Shown: piece by piece, positions 57,840 through 64,000 of the stretch
How positions within the stretch are numbered: the stretch's first letter is position 1
Layout of the letters: each line of letters begins with the position of its first letter
Source: Eledone cirrhosa
Taxonomy: Eukaryota
NCBI GenBank assembly: GCA_964016885.1
Contig: OZ024749.1
Span: forward strand, 16,368,001 to 16,432,000
Length of the DNA stretch: 64,000 nucleotides
Direction: 5' to 3'
Program-made: the position numbers and the translations under genes
The notes under the pieces: generated by a model
Databases searched by the model: none
What the model saw: the letters and a program-made list of their open reading frames with translations, nothing else
Told to the model about the DNA's origin: nothing

Positions 57840-58963
57840 AGAGAGAGAGAGAAAACAAATAGAGAGAGATAGATATAGATAAAGATAGAGAGAGAGAAAA
57901 ATAGGTAGTTGGGCACCAGTTGAATGACGTATCAATGATATATTTATTTATTTATTTATTTATTTATTTAGTTATAGTATTAAGGTAGAGAGAGATTAAT
58001 ATGGTTATGAGAGAAAACAGCCGTTACATAGAGAGAAAAGAAAAATATCCAGAGATAAACGAGGCAGATTTAAAACATTATGTTTCATCAATCTAAAATA
58101 TCAATTCGTATGAATTAGGTATTATAATGTAAAAATCAGTATTCATGAATGAGACACGTATCAATAATGTGTGAAAAATAATGATCATATGTCTAGTTTA
58201 AAATTCCTAGGTTTATAATCAGAACTGAGTTAAAAACTTCAAAAAAAATTGAAATACATAAGTATATATGCACTTTCATGAAAAAAGAAAAGAAAATAGA
58301 AGGTTATCCCAGATTCGACACTATAGACATCCATGTGAATTTACGTGATCAACTCTGCAAATACTTATTTCACATGAAAACATTCTCATTGTGCTATAAA
58401 AATTCTAGTATACATATATGTGTACATACACACAAATATATATAGAATCTACATTAATTATAAGAATAATATTCTTGTCTTTACTCTACATGATTATCGT
58501 TCAAGCATAGAATAGACAACAGATATCAATATATCAATAAAAATATTAAAAATATTAAAAATATTAAAAAATATTAAAAATATTAAAAAATATTAAAAAA
58601 TATAATTAAAACGCCAAGAAAATTCTCAGAGTATCTCGGGCCGTAATAAACACAGAAATCTACCCTTCAAATTTATTTGACAATATATTGCCAAGTTCAT
58701 TATAAGCATCAGAATCAAAAGCAAACAAAACCAAAATTATTCACCAAATCCAGTCTAGCAGAAATCATTCCAAAAGTTTAGGATACCCATTTGATCTACA
58801 GATGGTCTTATATTTATTATAGAAGTTTATCTAGTGTAAAATTTATTTGATATATTTGGAGCATCATCTTTTAGGGTAGTTTAATTATTCATGAAGAATG
58901 TTTAAAAAAAAAGAAATCGAAAGATTTATCGGCGAGTTTCATAAATAATCTTAAGTAAATATA

Positions 58964-59910
58964 CTACATTTTAAATTTATATTTATATTTAAAAGTTGAG
59001 TTCAATCTATGTCTGCAGCAACTGAATAAATTTGTCCGTAAATTAAGGGAATTTTTAGATTTTAGTATAAAGAATTTCTCCTCCGTGCAGAGGTCACATG
59101 TCTCAGAAGATGAATTAAAAGGAATCCCTCTTGAGACTATATTCCAAGCCGTCGAATATCCAACGTTATCATGCTTAAGTTGCCAGAGTAAGCCTGATAG
59201 TGATGTTGAAGATTTTTTGCTTGGATCTGTGAAAGAATCCTTGTGGTTATTATAGCGAAGTTTAAATTCTGTCGAGGTGGAACCAACATAGTTAAAAGAA
59301 TTTAAGTCCGTTTTAACATTACAGTTGTATATTATATTTTTAACTAAGCAATTGTTATTTAACGGACATTTAGATCTATCTCTACAGTTACATTTGTTTA
59401 CTTGGATATTATTTAGGCTATTATCGGTATTTTGGCTAGGTTTTAAATTCCTATTATTTATTCTATTAATATTTTGTGCTAAATTTTTGGTGGATGAGTA
59501 AGTTAATTTTATAGTATGTCTATTGAAAATTGAGTGATACTTATGTGTTCTAGGGAAGCGATTATCAAGAGCATTAAAAAATAGTTTAGCGATGTGGGTT
59601 TTAATGTTTAGTGAGAAAGGGGGGGGGGGGGCAAACCATATTATGTTTCTAGTTCTATTTCTTGTTTGGCTTTTGGAATTATTGTAATGCTTTCTATTAT
59701 AGTTGTTAAAGTTGTTGCCGTAATTAAAATTGTTGTTATTTTGGTTAGTTTGTCTATTATTATCTATGTACATAATTTTATCACTATATCCTGCTCTAGC
59801 TAACGCTTCATTGTAATACTGGGCTTTTTCGTCGAAAATCTTTTTATTAGATGAGATTCTAGAGATACGTTTTTGAACAGAGTTCACTATAGTATTTTTA
59901 ACAGTATTTT
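58964..59910 (-). CDS. PLE thumb/linker plus GIY-YIG endonuclease (truncated ORF, frame open)
   Basis: KRISRISS, YNEAL..AGY, RNIIWF.PPFS, CNCR...CPL...CL...IIY...YVGST...FK.RY.NHK.SF, CDLC.EEK, LN.R....CCRHR. Confidence 0.9.
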
Positions 59911-59946
59911 TGTCAAATCTATCTATTTATAAGACTGTTTATATTG

Positions 59947-60012
59947 TATTTTGTCTGATGAAGGCATACCATATTTTTAATATGATATCCCTGAAATATA
60001 TATAATGAAATA
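59947..60012 (+). ncRNA. Type I hammerhead ribozyme motif
   Basis: TATTTTGT-CTGATGA-AGGCATACCATATT-ttt-AATATGATATCCCT-GAAA-TATATA-TA|ATGAAATA. Mirror at ~57477-57542 (-). Confidence 0.8.
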
Positions 60013-60228
60013 AATATGATTTTATAAATATAGTTTCCATTTATTTAATATCGTAAATATACTCCAAATACTTGTTGAGTGCTTTTATATCAGTTATAAA
60101 TATTTACTCGTTGTAACCCAACAATTTAAATAAAACTTTGCATATATATATATGTATATATTGTACATAATATATATTTATATATATATATTGTACATAA
60201 TATATATTTATATATATATATATTGTAC

Positions 60229-60307
<79 letters not shown>

Positions 60308-60308
60308 T

Positions 60309-60352
<44 letters not shown>

Positions 60353-60415
60353 ACATAATATTGTACATAATATATATTTATATATATATATATATAATAT
60401 ATATATATATATATA

Positions 60416-60541
60416 ATATTAAATAAATGGAAAACTATATTTATAAAACCATATTTATTTCATCATATATATTTCGGGGACATCATATTAACAATATGCT
60501 ATGCCTTCATCAGACAAAATACAATATAAACAGTTTTATAG
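60416..60541 (-). mobile_element. Solo pLTR fragment with hammerhead
   Basis: TTTCGGGGACATCATATT...AATATGCTATGCCTTCATCAG on +. Confidence 0.75.
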
Positions 60542-60615
60542 ATATATATATAATATATATATATATTGTACATAATATATATTTATATATATATATTGTA
60601 CATAATATATATTTA

Positions 60616-60712
<97 letters not shown>

Positions 60713-60734
60713 ACATGATATATATATATTTATA

Positions 60735-60795
<61 letters not shown>

Positions 60796-60820
60796 ATATA
60801 TTCTACATAATATATATTTA

Positions 60821-61845
60821 CATTATGAAGAGAGAAGAAACATTTAGATATAATTAGTAATAAAATGTATCATACCTAAACTGCTCCTAAATTCCTCGAC
60901 TACGTAGTTTCGTGGCATAAACAAAAACAATATATCATAAAGATATAGAGTCCTTGCGAGGTCTGCCGACTTATCAAGAGGATACCTCATTTTACTAGTC
61001 TCAAGAACGCGTCTACACGACGTGGGAAAGAATCCCAAAAGGCGGAGGGGGAGATAGTCACGCGATATAACGGTCGAGAAACAGGGCTAAGCCTCTTATA
61101 ACCCCAGTTCAACTGAATTGGTCTGTCCCAGTCATTCATTGAGCAACATCGGTGAAGTTGGCACACTTAACTCACAGTTGGGTGCGGATGCATTCATGTA
61201 TATATGTGTGTGTCCGCATGTATCTGTGTGTTTCTAAATATATTGTTAATAACTCCCTCTGGTCGAGCAATCTTTGAAGTGTGGGGACAGCTGGAAAGCT
61301 TCTATTACTCATACTTCTCGCCTTCTTCACCACCTCTTCTACGGCCTCGATATAAATACCCCCTCCGCCTCCGTGGTATTTTCTTCGGGGTTATAAGAGG
61401 CTTAGCCCTGTTTCTCGACCGTTATATCGCGTGACTATCTCCCCCTCCGCCTTTTGGGATTCTTTCTCACGTCGTGTAGACGCGTTCTTGAGACTAGTAA
61501 AATGAGGTATCCTCTTGATAAGTCGGCAGACCTCGCAAGGACTCTATATCTTTATGATATATTGTTTTTGTTTATGCCACGAAACTACGTAGTCGAGGAA
61601 TTTAGGAGCAGTTTAGGTATGATACATTTTATTACTAATTATATCTAAATGTTTCTTCTCTCTTCATAATGTATTTTTAACTCTGATACTGGTTCAGTCT
61701 AGTTCAACTGAATTGGTCTGTCCCAGTCATTCATTGAGCAACATCGGTGAAGTTGGCACCCTTAACTCACAGTTGGGTGCGGATTTATTCATGTATATAT
61801 GTGTGTGTCCGCATGTATCTGTGTGTTTCTAAATATATTGTTAAT
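60821..61845 (+). mobile_element. Second copy of the ~595-nt hammerhead monomer element
   Basis: 61106 recurs at 61701 (595-bp period). Inverted arm 60821-61105. Hammerhead at 61510-61599. Confidence 0.85.
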
Positions 61846-62076
61846 ATATATTTATATATATATTGTACATAATATATATTTATATATATATATTGTACAT
61901 AATATATATTTATATATATATATTGTACATAATATATATATATATATATATATATAGATATATATATAATATATATGTATATATATATATTGTACATAAT
62001 GTATATATATATATATAATATATATATATACATATATATATAATATATATTTATATATATATATTGTACATTATAT

Positions 62077-62158
<82 letters not shown>

Positions 62159-62201
62159 TTATATATATATATTGTACATAATATATATATATGATATATA
62201 T

Positions 62202-62261
<60 letters not shown>

Positions 62262-62265
62262 ACAT

Positions 62266-62356
<91 letters not shown>

Positions 62357-62381
62357 ACATAATACATATTTATATATATAT

Positions 62382-62441
<60 letters not shown>

Positions 62442-62475
62442 ACATAATATATTTATATATATATATATAATATAT

Positions 62476-62559
<84 letters not shown>

Positions 62560-62576
62560 ACATAAAATATATTTAT

Positions 62577-62658
<82 letters not shown>

Positions 62659-62880
62659 TGTACATAATATATATTTATATATATATATAATATATATATC
62701 TATATATATATTGTACATAATATATATATATATATATATTGTACATAATATATATTTATATATATATATATATATATATATTGTACATAATATATATTTA
62801 TATATATATATTGTACATAATATATATTTATATATATATATTGTACATAATATATATATATATAATATATATATATATAT

Positions 62881-62971
<91 letters not shown>

Positions 62972-63009
62972 TTTATATATATATATTGTACATAATATAT
63001 ATATCTATA

Positions 63010-63059
<50 letters not shown>

Positions 63060-63084
63060 ACATTATATATATATATCTATATAT

Positions 63085-63177
<93 letters not shown>

Positions 63178-63223
63178 TATATATATATTGTACATAATAT
63201 ATATTTATATATATATATTTTAC

Positions 63224-63299
<76 letters not shown>

Positions 63300-63301
63300 A
63301 C

Positions 63302-63344
<43 letters not shown>

Positions 63345-63349
<5 letters not shown>

Positions 63350-64000
63350 CAGAAGAAAGAAGAATACTGCGTGGTTTGCACACGGGTTACATATGATAAA
63401 AATAGTCCTTCGTCAGTGATTTGCCAACCATCATTGCTTTTTCATCACATTAAAAATCAGATACCTCAGGTTGGTGCGAGCAATAAGCTAAAAAAATAGT
63501 TATTGGGACCAGTAATCCCGTAAAGTGAGGGGGACAAGTGAACAACATAGAAAGATAAAAACAAACCAAAGAAAGAAAATAAACAAGCAACATGGTAGTC
63601 CTGGTCAGCATAAGCTGGGTGGATTTCATGAGCGAATAGTACAGACGTCCGACGTGAGTGAGATGTAAGCAAGAAAAGGCCCACTGTTAGCCAAGCGGGA
63701 GGAAGTGAGAAGGGGAGAAACAGAGAGTGAGTGAGTGGAAGTGCGAGGAAGCGGTCAGTCAAGAGAAAGTGTACCTGAACGAGGGGACGAAAGAAGGTGA
63801 GAGAAACAGAAAGCGGGGAAGCAGTAAGAGAGAAACAGACAAACGCAGCCGAGGTAAATATATATAAAAAACATGAGAAGAAAGAAGAATACTGCGTGGT
63901 TTACACACGGGTTATATATGATAAAAATAGTCCTTCGTCAGTGATTTGCCAACCATCATTGGTATTTCATCACATTAAAAATCAGATACCTCAGGTTGGT
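63345..64000 (-). mobile_element. Direct-repeat element (525-bp period), diverged relative of 10361-11188
   Basis: 63351 recurs at 63876. The - strand shares CGCACCAACCTGAGG...GATGAAA...GGTTGG...TCACTGA.GAAGGACT. Confidence 0.7.

Larger units (their letters stand above)
57436..60142 (-). mobile_element. 5'-truncated Penelope-like retroelement (GIY-YIG, ~1.4-kb 3' UTR, inverted pLTR)
   Basis: Arms 57436-57578 and 59911-60053, each with a hammerhead. ~90-nt tail on the right. (TA)n flanks. Confidence 0.9.
56455..63342. repeat. Long (TA)n array with TTATGTA(C/G)AA / TTGTACATAA variant units, hosting three insertions
   Basis: Direct reading; the same variant unit resumes after each insertion. 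Confidence 0.9.

Overview
Eukaryotic, extremely repeat-dense animal DNA. The SINE types and the (TA)n/(CA)n/(TACA)n load suggest an octopus-like cephalopod, but this is inference. No intact host gene can be supported, and almost all ORF-track entries are microsatellite artefacts. The window holds three giant ACC/ACT/AAC or TAG/CAG satellites and many transposable elements: two 5'-truncated Penelope-like retroelements (PLEs; one RT+GIY-YIG, one GIY-YIG only), Helitrons, a deleted mariner, MITEs, Tx1/L1, CR1, R4/Dong and RTE fragments, and tRNA-derived SINEs. The most striking signal is about 15 insertions from many unrelated families. They sit in (TA)n tracts and share one architecture: inverted arm, spacer, arm, and a 40-170 nt tail on one side only. 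Many carry type I hammerhead ribozyme motifs. The set includes a ~595-nt non-coding retrozyme-like monomer with a U3-A8 hammerhead core, a foldback carrying a tRNA cloverleaf, and a direct-repeat family with a conserved, unexplained RNA structure. All calls were made by eye and coordinates are approximate.
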